A DNA stretch of 64,000 bases from an uncultured delta proteobacterium (GCA_963828255.1 CAWHDZ010000017.1:145150-209149); one strand, 5' to 3'; shown: positions 42,384-56,550, numbered from the stretch's first letter. The notes: generated by a model from the letters alone, not told the origin. A program made the numbers and translations.

Positions 42384-43724
42384 GTGAGCCGGGAACACCT
42401 CCGCAAGCTGTCCGATGAGCTCATCGCGGTGCAGCGCCCCATCCGCATCCTGAAGGCCATCAACTGGGGTCCGCGCGTCCACGCGCAGTTCTTCAGGACC
42501 GGCTGCCGGGAGCTTCCCCGCCCCGAGTACGCCCCGCTCGGCTTCGACGTGAAGGAGAAGCTCCGGGAGCTCCGCGACCTCCGCCGCCAGATCCGCGGAA
42601 GGAACCCGGTGGAGGAGCTCCTGCGCGAGAAGTGCGACGAGTTCTCGCTCGTCGCCGGGATGCTCGACGCCCGCGGCACGCGCCGGTTCTACGAGCTCTC
42701 CCGCCAGATCTTCGGCGACCCGCGCGACCGCTTCCCCGACGTGAGCGCCGACAACCTGGCCATCGCGCGGCTCTGGGCCTCGCGCCCCCGCGCCCGCGAC
42801 GAGGAGCAGTCGCTCTCGGCCCTGAAGGCGGCGCGGCTCGTCCACGCGATCTGCGACCCGCTGCTGGGCGGCCAGGTGAAGGTGGCGGTCCACTCCCGCC
42901 TCACCGCCAACGCCGCCGCTGGCGCGACCCGCATCACGCTCAAGAAGGGGGCGCGCTTCTCGCCGCGCCAGGTCCGCGCGCTGGCCCACCACGAGGGGCT
43001 CTGGCACGTGCTCACCTCGCTGAACGGCTTCCGCCAGCCGGTGTTGACCGTCCTCGGAGTCGGGCTGGCCCGCCACACCGAGTCGCAGGAGGGGGGCGGC
43101 ATCGTCGCCGAGTACCTCACCGGAAACATCACCGACGAGCGCTACATCGAGCTGGGCGAGCGCACCATCGCCATCGACATGGCCGCGCGCGGCGCCGACT
43201 TCCTGGAGGTCTACCGCTACCTGCTGGCCCGCTTCACCCCGCCCCGATCGGCCCAGATGGCGGAGCGGGTCTTCCGGGGCGGCGTGGTGGAGGGGGGCGC
43301 CCCCTTCACCAAGGACGCCGCCTACCAGCGCGGCTACTGCCGGACCTTCAACTTCCTGCGGGCCGCGCTCGAGCAGCGCGACCTCGATCTGGTGCGGGCG
43401 TTCCTCTCCGGAAAGATGAGCGTGGACCACGCCGCGGTGGTGCGCGGGCTCACCGAGGAGGGGCTCGTGACCGGGCCGGTCTACCTGCCCGAGTGGTTCA
43501 TCGACGTGGACCGGCTGAACGCCATCGCCACCCACTCGGTGACCATGAACCGCTTCAGCCTCCCCAAGGTGAGCCGCTACTACGAGCGGCGGCGCGCCGG
43601 CGAGGCCGCGCGGAACGCCCGGACGGCCCGGGGCTCCCGGCGGTCGAGCGTGGACTCCCCGGTGGACGAGGAGTTCCCGGTCCGCGACCCAACCGGCAGC
43701 GACGAGGGGGACGGCAACGAGTAG
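42384..43724 (+). CDS. DUF1704 / QEGLA-motif family metallopeptidase (Tyr/Phe carboxypeptidase-like)
   Basis: HHEGLWHVLTSLNG (HExxxH), SQEGGG, RVFRGG...PFTKDAAY. Confidence 0.82.
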   Translation: MSREHLRKLSDELIAVQRPIRILKAINWGPRVHAQFFRTGCRELPRPEYAPLGFDVKEKLRELRDLRRQIRGRNPVEELLREKCDEFSLVAGMLDARGTRRFYELSRQIFGDPRDRFPDVSADNLAIARLWASRPRARDEEQSLSALKAARLVHAICDPLLGGQVKVAVHSRLTANAAAGATRITLKKGARFSPRQVRALAHHEGLWHVLTSLNGFRQPVLTVLGVGLARHTESQEGGGIVAEYLTGNITDERYIELGERTIAIDMAARGADFLEVYRYLLARFTPPRSAQMAERVFRGGVVEGGAPFTKDAAYQRGYCRTFNFLRAALEQRDLDLVRAFLSGKMSVDHAAVVRGLTEEGLVTGPVYLPEWFIDVDRLNAIATHSVTMNRFSLPKVSRYYERRRAGEAARNARTARGSRRSSVDSPVDEEFPVRDPTGSDEGDGNE

Positions 43725-43923
43725 GGCCGGGGCGCCCGCATAGCGCCGACCGGTCGGCCAGATCCCTGCTGCGGCGCACGCTGCCTTGCTGCGCCGGGCA
43801 GCCTCCTCCGTCCGCTGCTCGACGTGCCTGACTGGCACGCCTCCGCTGCTCCGTCGTCGGGTGCCCGGCTCGCCGACGGCATCGTGTGCCTCGCGACGGG
43901 CTCGGGCCAACCGGGCGGCGCTT

Positions 43924-45039
43924 TCAGGAGATGGCCGCGCCGAAGAGCCGCCCGACACCCCAGGTGGCCGCTCCGGCGAGAGCGGCGAGCCCGACCATCC
44001 GCGCCCCCGACTTCCAGGCCGGCGTTCCCGCCAGGAACCCGACCAGCCCTCCCACGCCGGCCAGGACGACGCCGGCGGCGACCGACGCCACCACCATCGC
44101 CAGGGTTCCGTGGAGGAAGAAGAACGGGACGACCGGGATGAAGGCGCCCACCGCGAAGGTGGCGAAGCTCGATCCCGCTGCTCCCCAGGGCGACCCCAGG
44201 TCCTCCGGGTCGAGCCCCAGCTCCTCGCGCACCAGCGTGTCGAGGGCGTGCTCGGGGTTCTTGAGCAGCTCGGCGGCGGTCCGGGCCGCATGGTCGGGCG
44301 AGAGCCCCTTCTGCTGGAAGATGAGCGCCAGCTCCGCCGCCTCCTCCTGCGGCGCCTCCAGGAGCTCGCGCCGCTCCAGGTCCACCTGGCGGGCCAGGAT
44401 GTCGCGCTGCGAGGCCACCGAGGTGAACTCCCCCACGGCCATGGAGAAGGCCCCGGCGAGCAGCCCGGCGAAGCCGGTGACCATGAGGCCGTGGGAGTCG
44501 GCGCCGGCGCCGGCCACGCCGAGCACGAGCGAGAGGTTGGAGAGGAGCCCGTCGTTCACGCCGAAGATGGCGGCCCGCAGCGACCCGCCCCGTCCCCCGC
44601 GGTGCCACTGCTCGCGCGTGGCGATGGCAGCGCGCGCCTCCATGGGACGGGCGCCACCGAGGCCGGTCAGGACTTGCTGGTGGGCGCGCTCCTCCTCGGC
44701 CATGGGCGTGGCGTCGGCGCCCCCCTGCTTCGCGTACTTGTCGGCGTCCCCGGCCTCGTTGGCGACGATGTAGGGGATGACGGCGTCGCTCCCCAGCCGC
44801 TTCGCGAGCCAGAGGAGGGTGCGGACCCGGGACGACGGGCGGTCGGGGGGGACGACGACGCCGGCCTTCTCGAGCTTGTGGCGCCAGATCTCGGCGTGGC
44901 GCCGCTCCCCGTGGCCCAGCTCGGCGAAGCTGGCCGCCCGGTCGACGTTCTTCTCCACGGCGGCGAGCCCCTCGTAGAGGGCCGCGCCGTCCCGCTCGTC
45001 CTGTAGATTCTGGAGCCAGACGTCGGTTCGGGGTGCCAT
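43924..45039 (-). CDS. VIT1/CCC1 family transporter with N-terminal ferritin-like domain
   Basis: LRAAIFGVNDGLLSN, AGAFSMAVGEFTSV, REELG; N-terminal E..Y...ERRH. Confidence 0.92.
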   Translation of the reverse strand: MAPRTDVWLQNLQDERDGAALYEGLAAVEKNVDRAASFAELGHGERRHAEIWRHKLEKAGVVVPPDRPSSRVRTLLWLAKRLGSDAVIPYIVANEAGDADKYAKQGGADATPMAEEERAHQQVLTGLGGARPMEARAAIATREQWHRGGRGGSLRAAIFGVNDGLLSNLSLVLGVAGAGADSHGLMVTGFAGLLAGAFSMAVGEFTSVASQRDILARQVDLERRELLEAPQEEAAELALIFQQKGLSPDHAARTAAELLKNPEHALDTLVREELGLDPEDLGSPWGAAGSSFATFAVGAFIPVVPFFFLHGTLAMVVASVAAGVVLAGVGGLVGFLAGTPAWKSGARMVGLAALAGAATWGVGRLFGAAIS

Positions 45040-45103
45040 GGCGGGGGAATGTAGCGCGCCCCGGCGGGTTTCGTGTAGAAACATAGGTCTTTCGAGCCTT
45101 TCC

Positions 45104-46438
45104 GTGCAGATCCTCCGCTCCGACGCCCCCGATTTCGAAGCCCGCTGGAAGCGGCTCTGTTCCCGTGGCTCGGACGAGGACGAGTCCGGCGTCCGGGAGT
45201 CCGCCGCGGCCATCGTCGCCGACGTGCGCGCCCGGGGCGACGAGGCGCTCCTCGAGTACACCCGCCGCTTCGACGGCTGGGGGCCGGAGACCGCGGCTGA
45301 CCTGGTGGCCGGTCCCCGCGACCTCTCTGCGGCCTGGCGGTCCCTCCCCGTGGCCGGGCGCGCCGCACTGAAGACCGCCGCGTCCCGCATCGAGTCCTTC
45401 CACCGGCGGGAGACCGACGCGGTGGTCCCCGTCTACCGCGACCGGCTCGGTGCGCGGCTGGGCCAGGTGTCGCGTCCGCTCTCCCGGGTCGGGCTCTACG
45501 TTCCCGGCGGCACCGCCCGCTACCCGTCCAGCGTCCTCATGACCGCCATCCCGGCCCGGGTGGCCGGCGTCGCCGAGGTGCTGGCCGTCTCCCCCGCCGA
45601 CCGGAAGACCGGCGACGTGGATGCCTGGACGCTGGCCGCCTGCCACGTCGCAGGCGTGTCGCGCCTCTTCCGGGTGGGCGGGGCCCAGGCGGTGGCGGCG
45701 CTGGCCCACGGGACCGCCACCGTCCCCGCGGTCGACAAGATCTGCGGCCCCGGGAACGCCTACGTGGCCGCCGCCAAGCGGCTCGTCTTCGGCACGGTGG
45801 ACATCGACATGATCGCCGGGCCGTCCGAGGTGCTGGTGATGGTCGACGCCGGCGCGAGGCCCGCCGAGGCCGCCGCCGACCTGCTCGCGCAGGCCGAGCA
45901 CGACGCGCGCGCCGTGGCGGTGCTGGTATCGACCAGCGAGCGGGTGGCGCGGGAGACCCAGGTCGAGGTGATGCGCCAGCTGGCCGGGCTCCCCCGCGAG
46001 GAGATCGCCCGCCGCTCCATCGTGGAGCGGGGCGCCATCGTCCTCTGCCGCGGGATATCACAAGCAGTGAAACTGGCCGACCAGTTCGCCCCCGAGCACC
46101 TGGTGCTGCTGGTGAAGGACGCGGCCCGCCTCGTGCCCCGCCTCTCCCGGGCCGGGGCGGTCTTCGTGGGCAGCCGCACCCCCGAGGCCATCGGCGACTA
46201 CGTGGCCGGCCCCAGCCACGTGCTGCCCACCGCCGGGACGGCCCGCTTCGCCTCGCCGCTCTCGGTGGCCACCTTCCGCCGCCGCATGAGCGTGGTGGAG
46301 ATGAGCGAGCGGTCGCTGGCGGCGCTGGCGCCGGTGGTCGAGGCGCTGGCCGCCGCCGAGGGGCTCGAGGCACACGCCCGGGCGGTGCGGGTCCGCCTTC
46401 CGGAACCGAAGGCGCGCCGCAGGGCGCGGAGAGGATGA
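45104..46438 (+). CDS. hisD: Histidinol dehydrogenase
   Basis: [41 protein letters not shown]. Confidence 0.97.
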   Translation: MQILRSDAPDFEARWKRLCSRGSDEDESGVRESAAAIVADVRARGDEALLEYTRRFDGWGPETAADLVAGPRDLSAAWRSLPVAGRAALKTAASRIESFHRRETDAVVPVYRDRLGARLGQVSRPLSRVGLYVPGGTARYPSSVLMTAIPARVAGVAEVLAVSPADRKTGDVDAWTLAACHVAGVSRLFRVGGAQAVAALAHGTATVPAVDKICGPGNAYVAAAKRLVFGTVDIDMIAGPSEVLVMVDAGARPAEAAADLLAQAEHDARAVAVLVSTSERVARETQVEVMRQLAGLPREEIARRSIVERGAIVLCRGISQAVKLADQFAPEHLVLLVKDAARLVPRLSRAGAVFVGSRTPEAIGDYVAGPSHVLPTAGTARFASPLSVATFRRRMSVVEMSERSLAALAPVVEALAAAEGLEAHARAVRVRLPEPKARRRARRG

Positions 46439-47058
46439 ACATGGCGGCTCGCAAGGCCCGCGGCGCGAAGGCTCCCTCCCGGCGGGGCGCGGTGGCCCGC
46501 AAGACCCGGGAGACCGACGTGGACGTGTCGCTCTCCCTCGAGGGCGGCCAGGTCCGGGCCGAGACCGGCATCCCCTTCTTCGACCACATGCTCGACCAGC
46601 TCGGGCGCCACGGGGGCATTTCTCTCTCGGTGAAGGCGGCGGGCGACCTGCACGTGGATGCCCACCACACCGTGGAGGACGTGGGCATCGCCATCGGCGA
46701 GGCGCTCCGGCAGGCCACCGCCGACAAGGCCGGGCTGGCCCGCTACGGCCACGCCGTGGTCCCGCTCGACGAGGCGCTGGTCGAGACGGTGGTGGACCTC
46801 TCCGGCCGCCCGCACCTGACCTGGAACGCCCGGCTGCCCTCGGGCAAGCGCTTCATCGGCGCCTACGACGTGGACCTCACCCAGGACTTCTTCCAGGCGC
46901 TGGTGAACCACGCCCGCATCACGCTCCACGTGAACGTGCGCCAGGGGCGCAACCTGCACCACGTGGTGGAGGCCATCTTCAAGTCCGCCGCCCGCGCCCT
47001 GCGCGCCGCCCTGCGCCGCGAGGGGGTCGGGGTCCCGTCCACGAAGGGCGTGCTGTGA
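46435..47058 (+). CDS. hisB: Imidazoleglycerol-phosphate dehydratase
   Basis: [36 protein letters not shown]. Confidence 0.97.
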   Translation: MNMAARKARGAKAPSRRGAVARKTRETDVDVSLSLEGGQVRAETGIPFFDHMLDQLGRHGGISLSVKAAGDLHVDAHHTVEDVGIAIGEALRQATADKAGLARYGHAVVPLDEALVETVVDLSGRPHLTWNARLPSGKRFIGAYDVDLTQDFFQALVNHARITLHVNVRQGRNLHHVVEAIFKSAARALRAALRREGVGVPSTKGVL

Positions 47059-47663
47059 GAAGAGAGGCCATCGCGCTCGTCGACTACGGCGCGGGCAACC
47101 TCCGGTCGGTGGAGAACGCGCTCCGCGAGGTGGGGGCGGACGTCCTCGTCACCCGCGATCCGGACGCGGTGCGCCGGGCCGGGAGCATCGTGGTTCCCGG
47201 GCAGGGGTCGATGCCGGCCTGCGCCGAGGCCATGCGGGCCTCCGGCGTGGCCGACGCGCTCGTGGATGCGCTCTCGCGGGGCGCGCGGATGCTGGGCATC
47301 TGCGTGGGGCTCCAGGTCCTCTTCGAGAAGGGGGAGGAGGCCGGCGGCGCGCGCGGCCTGGGAATCCTGCCCGGGACGGTGTCCCGCCTTCCACCAGGAG
47401 TGAAGCTCCCGAACATCGGCTGGTCCCCCGTCCGGGCCGTGGGCTCGCGCCACCCGCTCTTCGCCCCCCTCGACGGCCAGTACGTCTACTTCGCCCACTC
47501 CTTCGCGGCCCCGGCCGACGCCCCGGGGGTGGAGCTCCTCGCCGAGCACGGGCGCCCCTACTGCGCCGGGCTGGCGCGCGGCGAGCTCTTCGCCGTGCAG
47601 TTCCACCCGGAGAAGAGCCAGAAGGTCGGGCTGGCGTTCCTCGACCGGTTCGTGAGCCACTGA
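47055..47663 (+). CDS. hisH: Imidazole glycerol phosphate synthase, glutaminase subunit
   Basis: [28 protein letters not shown]. Confidence 0.96.
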   Translation: MRREAIALVDYGAGNLRSVENALREVGADVLVTRDPDAVRRAGSIVVPGQGSMPACAEAMRASGVADALVDALSRGARMLGICVGLQVLFEKGEEAGGARGLGILPGTVSRLPPGVKLPNIGWSPVRAVGSRHPLFAPLDGQYVYFAHSFAAPADAPGVELLAEHGRPYCAGLARGELFAVQFHPEKSQKVGLAFLDRFVSH

Positions 47664-47666
47664 CCC

Positions 47667-48380
47667 ATGCTCGTCATCCCCGCCATCGACCTCATGGACG
47701 GCAAGGTGGTCCGCCTCTCCCGCGGCGACTTCGCCACCCGGACCATCTACTCCGACCGGCCCGCCGAGTTCGCCGAGGCCTTCCTCCGGGCCGGGGCCCG
47801 CCGCGTCCACGTGGTGGACCTCGACGGCGCCCGGGCCGGCCACCCGGTCAACACCGAGGTGGTGAAGGCCATCGTGGCCACCGGGGTCGAGGTGGAGCTG
47901 GGCGGAGGACTGCGCTCCGTCGAGGCGGTCGAGCAGGCCATCGCCATGGGCGTGAAGTACGTGGTGCTGGGCACCGCCGCGGTGGAGCGGCTCGACCTGG
48001 TCGCCGAGGCCTGCCGCCGCTTTCCCGGGCGGGTGGTGGCCGGGATCGACGCCCGCGACGGCGAGGTGAAGGTTGCCGGCTGGGCGCAGGGGACCGGGCT
48101 GCCCGCCGTGGACGTGGCCCGCCGCGTGGCCGGCGCCGGCGTGACGCTGGTGGAGTTCACCGACGTGGCCCGCGACGGCATGTTCACCGGCGTGGACGCT
48201 GCGGGGTCGGCGCGGCTCCAGGCCGAGGCCGGCGTGCCGGTGGTGGCGAGCGGCGGGGTGGCCTCCATCGCCGACGTGGCGGCCTGCAAGGCGGCCGGGC
48301 TCTTCGGGGTCATCGTGGGCAAGGCGCTCTACGAGAAGCGCATGGACCTCGCGGCGGCGCTGGCCGTGGCGGAAGGGTAG
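47667..48380 (+). CDS. hisA: ProFAR isomerase
   Basis: [38 protein letters not shown]. Confidence 0.96.
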   Translation: MLVIPAIDLMDGKVVRLSRGDFATRTIYSDRPAEFAEAFLRAGARRVHVVDLDGARAGHPVNTEVVKAIVATGVEVELGGGLRSVEAVEQAIAMGVKYVVLGTAAVERLDLVAEACRRFPGRVVAGIDARDGEVKVAGWAQGTGLPAVDVARRVAGAGVTLVEFTDVARDGMFTGVDAAGSARLQAEAGVPVVASGGVASIADVAACKAAGLFGVIVGKALYEKRMDLAAALAVAEG

Positions 48381-48389
48381 GGGCGGCCC

Positions 48390-49153
<764 letters not shown>

Positions 49154-49157
<4 letters not shown>

Positions 49158-49474
49158 AGGTCCCGCTCCAGGAGATCCGGCTCGACGAGCGCGGGCTCGT
49201 GCCGGTCATCGCGCAGGAACTCGACGGCACGGTGCTCATGCTGGCCTGGGCGAACCGCGAGGCCCTCGAGGCCACCGCCCGCACCGGCCGCGCCCACTAC
49301 TGGTCGCGCAGCCGGAAGGAGCTCTGGCGCAAGGGGGACACGAGCGGCCACGTGCAGGAGGTGGTGGAGGTCCGCACCGACTGCGACGGCGACGCCGTGC
49401 TCTACCGGGTCCGCCAGACCGGGCCCGCCTGCCACGAGGGGAAGCGCAGCTGTTTCGACGATCCCGCGCCGTAG
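49154..49474 (+). CDS. hisI: Phosphoribosyl-AMP cyclohydrolase
   Basis: [26 protein letters not shown]....CF. Confidence 0.95.
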
Positions 49475-49491
49475 GGGCGCCCGGAGGAACC

Positions 49492-49809
49492 ATGGCGAAC
49501 GAGAAGTTCCTGGCCCAGCTCTGGGCCACCATCGAGTCCCGCAAGGCCGAGGCCGGCCCCGAGAAGAGCTACACCCGTGAGCTGCTCGCGAATCCCTCCA
49601 AGGCCCGCAAGAAGTTGGCCGAGGAGGCCTACGAGGTGAACGAGGCCCACCAGGCCCTGCTGGCCGGAAGGGACTCCAAGGACCACCTGGCCCACGAGGC
49701 GGCCGACCTCATCTACCACCTGTTCGTGGTGCTGGCCTCGGCCGACGTGACGCCGAGCGAGGTCTACGCGGTGCTGGAGAAGCGGCACCTGCAGAAGCCG
49801 CGACCGTGA
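49492..49809 (+). CDS. hisE: Phosphoribosyl-ATP pyrophosphatase
   Basis: [25 protein letters not shown]. Confidence 0.93.
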   Translation: MANEKFLAQLWATIESRKAEAGPEKSYTRELLANPSKARKKLAEEAYEVNEAHQALLAGRDSKDHLAHEAADLIYHLFVVLASADVTPSEVYAVLEKRHLQKPRP

Positions 49810-49843
49810 TCCTGCTGGCCCGGTGACCGCCGCTCAAAGTCCC

Positions 49844-49872
49844 TTGACACTCAGGGGTTTTCCCCATAAACG
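49844..49872 (+). promoter_or_regulatory. Candidate sigma70 promoter for rpsU-dnaG-rpoD
   Basis: TTGACA, 17-nt spacer, TAAACG in a locally AT-richer intergenic region. Confidence 0.5.
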
Positions 49873-49963
49873 AGCGCATTCAGCCAAGTCCGAGCCGGGT
49901 GGGTCGCCGCCCGGCTCCACGTCTTTCAAGAGACCCCATTCGGTCGTATCGCGCGAGGAATGC

Positions 49964-50158
49964 ATGACGGGAGTACGAGTCAAGGAGGGTGAGTCCTTCG
50001 AGAACGCCATGAAGCGTTTCAAGAAGGCTTGCGAGAAGGCCGGGATCCTCTCCGAGGTGCGCAAGCGCGAGCACTACGAGAAGCCCAGCGTGAAGCGCAA
50101 GAAGAAGGCTCTCGCCGCCAAGAAGCGCGCGATGAAGAAGAGCCGCAAGTCCTACTAG
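49964..50158 (+). CDS. rpsU: 30S ribosomal protein S21
   Basis: [24 protein letters not shown]. Confidence 0.97.
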   Translation: MTGVRVKEGESFENAMKRFKKACEKAGILSEVRKREHYEKPSVKRKKKALAAKKRAMKKSRKSY

Positions 50159-50181
50159 CGCCCGCACCCGGAACGGTGATC

Positions 50182-50631
50182 ATGGCGCTCCGCGAGAAGC
50201 TCGACGAGGACCTGAAGTCCGCCATGCGGGCCAAGGACTCCCTGCGCATGAACACCGTGCGCGCGCTCAAGAGCGCCGTGAAGTACCGCGAGATCGAGCT
50301 CATGAACCCGCTCGACGACGCCGGGATCCTCGGGGTCATGGCCACCGAGATCAAGCGGCGCCGCGACTCCGTGGAGCAGTACCGGGCCGGCAACCGCCCA
50401 GACCTGGCCGACAAGGAAGAGGCCGAGATCAAGATCTTCATGGAGTTCCTGCCCCAGCAGCTCACCCCGGAGGAGGTCGAGGCCAAGGTGGCCGAGGTCA
50501 TCGCCCGGGTCGGCGCGAAGGGGCCGAAGGACATGGGGACGGTCATGAAGGCGCTCCTTCCGGACGTGCAGGGGCGCGCCGACGGCAAGGTGGTGAGCGA
50601 GCTCGTCAAGCGACGCCTGGCGGGGCCTTAG
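50182..50631 (+). CDS. GatB/YqeY domain protein
   Basis: DLKSAMRAKD, KRRRDSVEQY, KDMGTVMK, GRADGK. Confidence 0.93.
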   Translation: MALREKLDEDLKSAMRAKDSLRMNTVRALKSAVKYREIELMNPLDDAGILGVMATEIKRRRDSVEQYRAGNRPDLADKEEAEIKIFMEFLPQQLTPEEVEAKVAEVIARVGAKGPKDMGTVMKALLPDVQGRADGKVVSELVKRRLAGP

Positions 50632-50659
50632 GTCCCCCGGCGGAGCGCGACCTGCGCGG

Positions 50660-52489
50660 ATGATCCCGGATTCCATCATCGAGGAGATCCGGAACCGGAC
50701 GGACGTGGTGGCGGTGATCGGTCGCCACGTCGAGCTCCAGAGATCGGGACGGACGTGGAAGGGCTGCTGCCCGTTCCACGGGGAGAGGACGCCGAGCTTC
50801 CACGTCTACCCGGAGGACAAGCACTTCAAGTGCTACGGCTGCGGCGAGTACGGCGACGTCTTCAAGTTCCTGCAGAAGCTCGAGGGGAAGGAGTTCCCGG
50901 ACGTGGTGAGGTCCTTGGCTGCCGAGGCCGGCATCGAGATCCCCGAGGAGACCGTCGAGGACACCGTCGAGGCCCGCCGCAAGCGCAAGGAGCGTGCGGA
51001 GGCCCTGGCGGCGTGCGACGCGGCCGCCCGCTACTGGCAGGCCCGCCTGTGGAGCCCCCACGGCGAGGCCGGCCGCGCCTATCTCGCCTCGCGCGGCATC
51101 TCCGAGGAGGAGTCGCGCCGCTTCCGCCTGGGCATCTCGGCCGACGGGTGGAACGACCTGCCGCCGCGGCTCGAGCCAAAGGAGATCTCGCTCACGTCCA
51201 TCGACAACGCCGGACTTCGCGTCCAGAGCGACCGCGGCGGCTATGACCGCTTCCGCGGCCGGCTCATGTTCCCCATCGCCGCCATCGACGGGGTGGTCGT
51301 CGGCTTCGGCGCCCGCGCCATGGGCGAGGAGAAGGGGGCCAAGTACATCAACACCCCGGAGACCGTCCTCTACAAGAAGAGCCGCGTTCTCTACGGCCTC
51401 GACCTGGCCCGCGAGTCGATCCGCAAGACCCGCTCGGCGGTGCTCGTCGAGGGGTACTTCGACGTCATCGGGCTGCACCAGGCCGGCGTGAAGAACGCCG
51501 TCGCCGTCTGCGGCACCGCGCTCACGCCCGAGCACCTCGAGCTCCTCGAGCGCTGCGACTGCCGCGAGGTGGTGATCCTCTTCGACGGTGACCAGGCCGG
51601 GCAGGCCGCGCCCGCCAAGGCGGCGCAGGTGCTGCTGCCGTCGGCCGTCTCCGGGAAGGTGGCCGTGCTCCCCTCCGGGGCCGGCAAGGTGGACCCCGAC
51701 GACTTCGCCCGGGCCCACGGCAAGGAGGGGGTGGACGCGCTGCTCGCCGCGGCCATGCCGCTCACCGACTTCCTCATCCTCCGGGCCGTGGAGCGACACT
51801 GCCCGGGCGGCGCGCCCGACGCCCCGGTGGAGGCCAAGCTGGCCGCGGTCCGCGAGCTGGCGCCGCTCGTCCGGCTCGCGCCCGAGGGGCTCTCCCGGAC
51901 CACCTTCGAGGAGCGCATCGCCCGCCGGATCGAGCTCGACCTCCAGGCCCTCCGCGAGGAGATCCAGGGCCGTCCCCGCAGCCAGCCCCATGCTCCCGGC
52001 GCCGCGCCGCGCCCCCGCCCCGCCGCGCCCGGCCCGCGCGCCAGCGTGCTCCTGCCCGGTCCGGCCGTGGACGCGCTGGGCATCCTGGCCGGCCACCCCG
52101 GGCTCGGGGCCGTCGCCGCCGAGGAGGACCTGGCCCGCCTCTTCCCGGAGGGGCCCCTCGCCGAGCTGGTGCGCGCCCTCTGCCGCGATCCCATTCCCCT
52201 CGCCGAGCTGCTCGTCCGGCTCGGGCCGGCCGCCGACGCCCGCGCCGTGGAGCGTGTCCGGGCCCTGGCCGGTCCCGCCACGCCCCGCGCCGACCTGGCC
52301 GAGCGGGAGCTCCGCCGCGCCGTGGTCGAGGCCAAGCTGGAGGCCATCCGGCGGGAGCAGTCCCGCCTCCTGGCCCTGGTGGCCAGGGAGGGCTCCCCCC
52401 CCTCCGAAGACGTGACCCGCGACCAGCTCGTCCTGCAACGCCGCCGCCAGGACCTCGAGAAGCGGCGCGAGGAGCTGCGCCGGCCATGA
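50660..52489 (+). CDS. dnaG: DNA primase
   Basis: CPFHGERTPSF Zn ribbon, KYINTPET, VEGYFDV, FDGDQAG TOPRIM. Confidence 0.97.
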   Translation: MIPDSIIEEIRNRTDVVAVIGRHVELQRSGRTWKGCCPFHGERTPSFHVYPEDKHFKCYGCGEYGDVFKFLQKLEGKEFPDVVRSLAAEAGIEIPEETVEDTVEARRKRKERAEALAACDAAARYWQARLWSPHGEAGRAYLASRGISEEESRRFRLGISADGWNDLPPRLEPKEISLTSIDNAGLRVQSDRGGYDRFRGRLMFPIAAIDGVVVGFGARAMGEEKGAKYINTPETVLYKKSRVLYGLDLARESIRKTRSAVLVEGYFDVIGLHQAGVKNAVAVCGTALTPEHLELLERCDCREVVILFDGDQAGQAAPAKAAQVLLPSAVSGKVAVLPSGAGKVDPDDFARAHGKEGVDALLAAAMPLTDFLILRAVERHCPGGAPDAPVEAKLAAVRELAPLVRLAPEGLSRTTFEERIARRIELDLQALREEIQGRPRSQPHAPGAAPRPRPAAPGPRASVLLPGPAVDALGILAGHPGLGAVAAEEDLARLFPEGPLAELVRALCRDPIPLAELLVRLGPAADARAVERVRALAGPATPRADLAERELRRAVVEAKLEAIRREQSRLLALVAREGSPPSEDVTRDQLVLQRRRQDLEKRREELRRP

Positions 52490-52571
52490 AAAGAAACTGC
52501 GAGATGGGCGCACCCCACCGCGTTAGAGATCCCCACGCCCGGCCGGGAACCCACCGGAGGAGCCCCCCCAG

Positions 52572-54863
<2,292 letters not shown>

Positions 54864-54914
54864 GTGAACGCCCCCGGGACCGCGGCCGTGCTAAGGAAGG
54901 GCCTGACGGTCCGG

Positions 54915-54986
54915 GGGCCCATAGCTCAATGGCAGAGCGGCCGGCTCATAACCGGTTCGATCCAGGTTCGAGTCCTGGTGGGCCCA
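54915..54986 (+). tRNA. tRNA with CAT anticodon, most likely tRNA-Ile2
   Basis: Cloverleaf: acceptor GGGCCCA/TGGGCCC, anticodon loop CTCATAA, T arm CCAGG-TTCGAGT-CCTGG; position after rpoD. Confidence 0.9.
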
Positions 54987-55005
54987 ACCACCCAAGGAGA
55001 CGTCC

Positions 55006-55746
55006 TTGTCGCTGCGTGAGAAGCTGAAGGCGCTGGAAGAGCTGCAGCTGGTCGACATCGCCATGACCGAGGTCCGGGCCGAGGCCGAGGCGGTGCCCCG
55101 GCGGCGGGCCGAGATCGACGCCGGCGTGGCCGTGGCCCGCAAGGCCTGGCAGGCCGAGCAGGACCGGCTGGCCAGCATCGAGCGCGAGAAGCGCAGCCAG
55201 GAGCAGACCATCGCCGCCGAGCGCGACAAGGTGAAGAAGTGGGAGGGGCGCCTCGCCGAGATCCGCACCCCCCGCGAGTACGCCGCCCTCTCCCGCGAGA
55301 TCGACATCGCCCGGAAGACCAACGAGTCGGTGGGAGAGCAGACCAAGGTCCTCACCGCCCAGGCCGAGGAGCTGGCCCTCTCCATCGAGGCGCTCCAGGA
55401 GAAGCTCGACGAGAAGGAGTCGGGCGCCCAGGAGGAGCTGGAGGGGCTCATGAAGCGCGAGGCCGAGTTCGTGGAGCGCACCGCCTCGCTCGACGCCCGT
55501 CGGGCCGAGCTGGCCACCCGCGTCGAGCCGGCGCTGCTGCAGCGCTACGAGAACATCCGCAAGCGCCGCGGCGGCATCGCCGTCACGCAGGTGACCGGGG
55601 GGACCTGCCGCGGCTGCAACCGGCAGATCCCGCCCCAGATGGCCATCATCCTGGTCCGGGCCAACACCATCGAGAACTGCCCGAACTGCAACCGCATCAT
55701 CTACGTCCCGGAGGCGGTGAGCCCGGCCTCGCCGCCGGCCCCCTGA
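55006..55746 (+). CDS. Coiled-coil C4-type zinc ribbon protein (DUF164-like)
   Basis: Long coiled coil, YENIRKRRGG, CRGC...CPNCNRI. Confidence 0.9.
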   Translation: MSLREKLKALEELQLVDIAMTEVRAEAEAVPRRRAEIDAGVAVARKAWQAEQDRLASIEREKRSQEQTIAAERDKVKKWEGRLAEIRTPREYAALSREIDIARKTNESVGEQTKVLTAQAEELALSIEALQEKLDEKESGAQEELEGLMKREAEFVERTASLDARRAELATRVEPALLQRYENIRKRRGGIAVTQVTGGTCRGCNRQIPPQMAIILVRANTIENCPNCNRIIYVPEAVSPASPPAP

Positions 55747-55754
55747 GCCGCGCC

Positions 55755-56513
55755 GTGGCGAAGCCCGTCCTGGCGGAGCTCCTCCGCTTCATCGCCGCCA
55801 ACGAGGACCTGCCGCGCTGCCTGGCCCGCTACAAGGGCTACGACCGCGACGTCCTCGGCAAGCTCATCAACGCCGCCGCCGACCGGATCGAGCAGGCCGA
55901 GGAGGCCGCCGCCGGGGCCACCGCCGCGGCGGTGAAGGGGGGCCTGAAGGTCCGCAAGGTGACCGAGGTCGAGCGGGCCGCGCGGGAGTCGGCCGAGGAG
56001 CTCGACGCGGCCATGAACGAGTCGAAGGTGGTGCGCGACCGCAAGAAGAAGGAGCGCGCCGTGGCCGTCGCCGCCGAGCGCGAGGCCGAGCGCGTCGTCG
56101 AGGCCCGTCCGGTGCGCACCCGTCTATTCACCGATGGTGCGGCCCGGGGCAATCCCGGACCGGCCGGCGCCGGCGCCGTGATCATCAGCCCCGAGGGGCA
56201 CGTCGTCGCCAAGATGGGCAAGTACCTGGGCGAGACCACCAACAACGTGGCCGAGTACACCGGGCTCATCCTGGGGCTGAAGCGGGCCAAGGCCATGGGG
56301 CTGCGCGAGCTCGACGTGCTGGCCGACAGCGAGCTCATGGTGCGGCAGCTGAACGGCGAGTACCAGGTGAAGGCCGACCACCTCAAGCCGCTGCACGACG
56401 AGGCCGCCGCGCTCATCAAGGGCTTCGAGCAGATCGAGATCCGGCACATCCCGCGCGAGGAGAACACCGCCGCGGACGAGATGTCGAACCGGGCCATCGA
56501 TCTGCGGTTGTAG
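55755..56513 (+). CDS. rnhA: Ribonuclease HI with N-terminal extension
   Basis: FTDGAARGNPGPAGAG, TNNVAEY, DSELMVRQ, HIPREEN..AD. Confidence 0.93.
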   Translation: MAKPVLAELLRFIAANEDLPRCLARYKGYDRDVLGKLINAAADRIEQAEEAAAGATAAAVKGGLKVRKVTEVERAARESAEELDAAMNESKVVRDRKKKERAVAVAAEREAERVVEARPVRTRLFTDGAARGNPGPAGAGAVIISPEGHVVAKMGKYLGETTNNVAEYTGLILGLKRAKAMGLRELDVLADSELMVRQLNGEYQVKADHLKPLHDEAAALIKGFEQIEIRHIPREENTAADEMSNRAIDLRL

Positions 56514-56550
56514 TCCAATAGCGGGTCCACGGCACGGTCCCCCCGGCCGG

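Noticed and set aside
43833..43850. TGGCAC motif as a sigma54 promoter
   Set aside because: GC is not at the GG-N10-GC spacing, and the site lies between convergent gene ends
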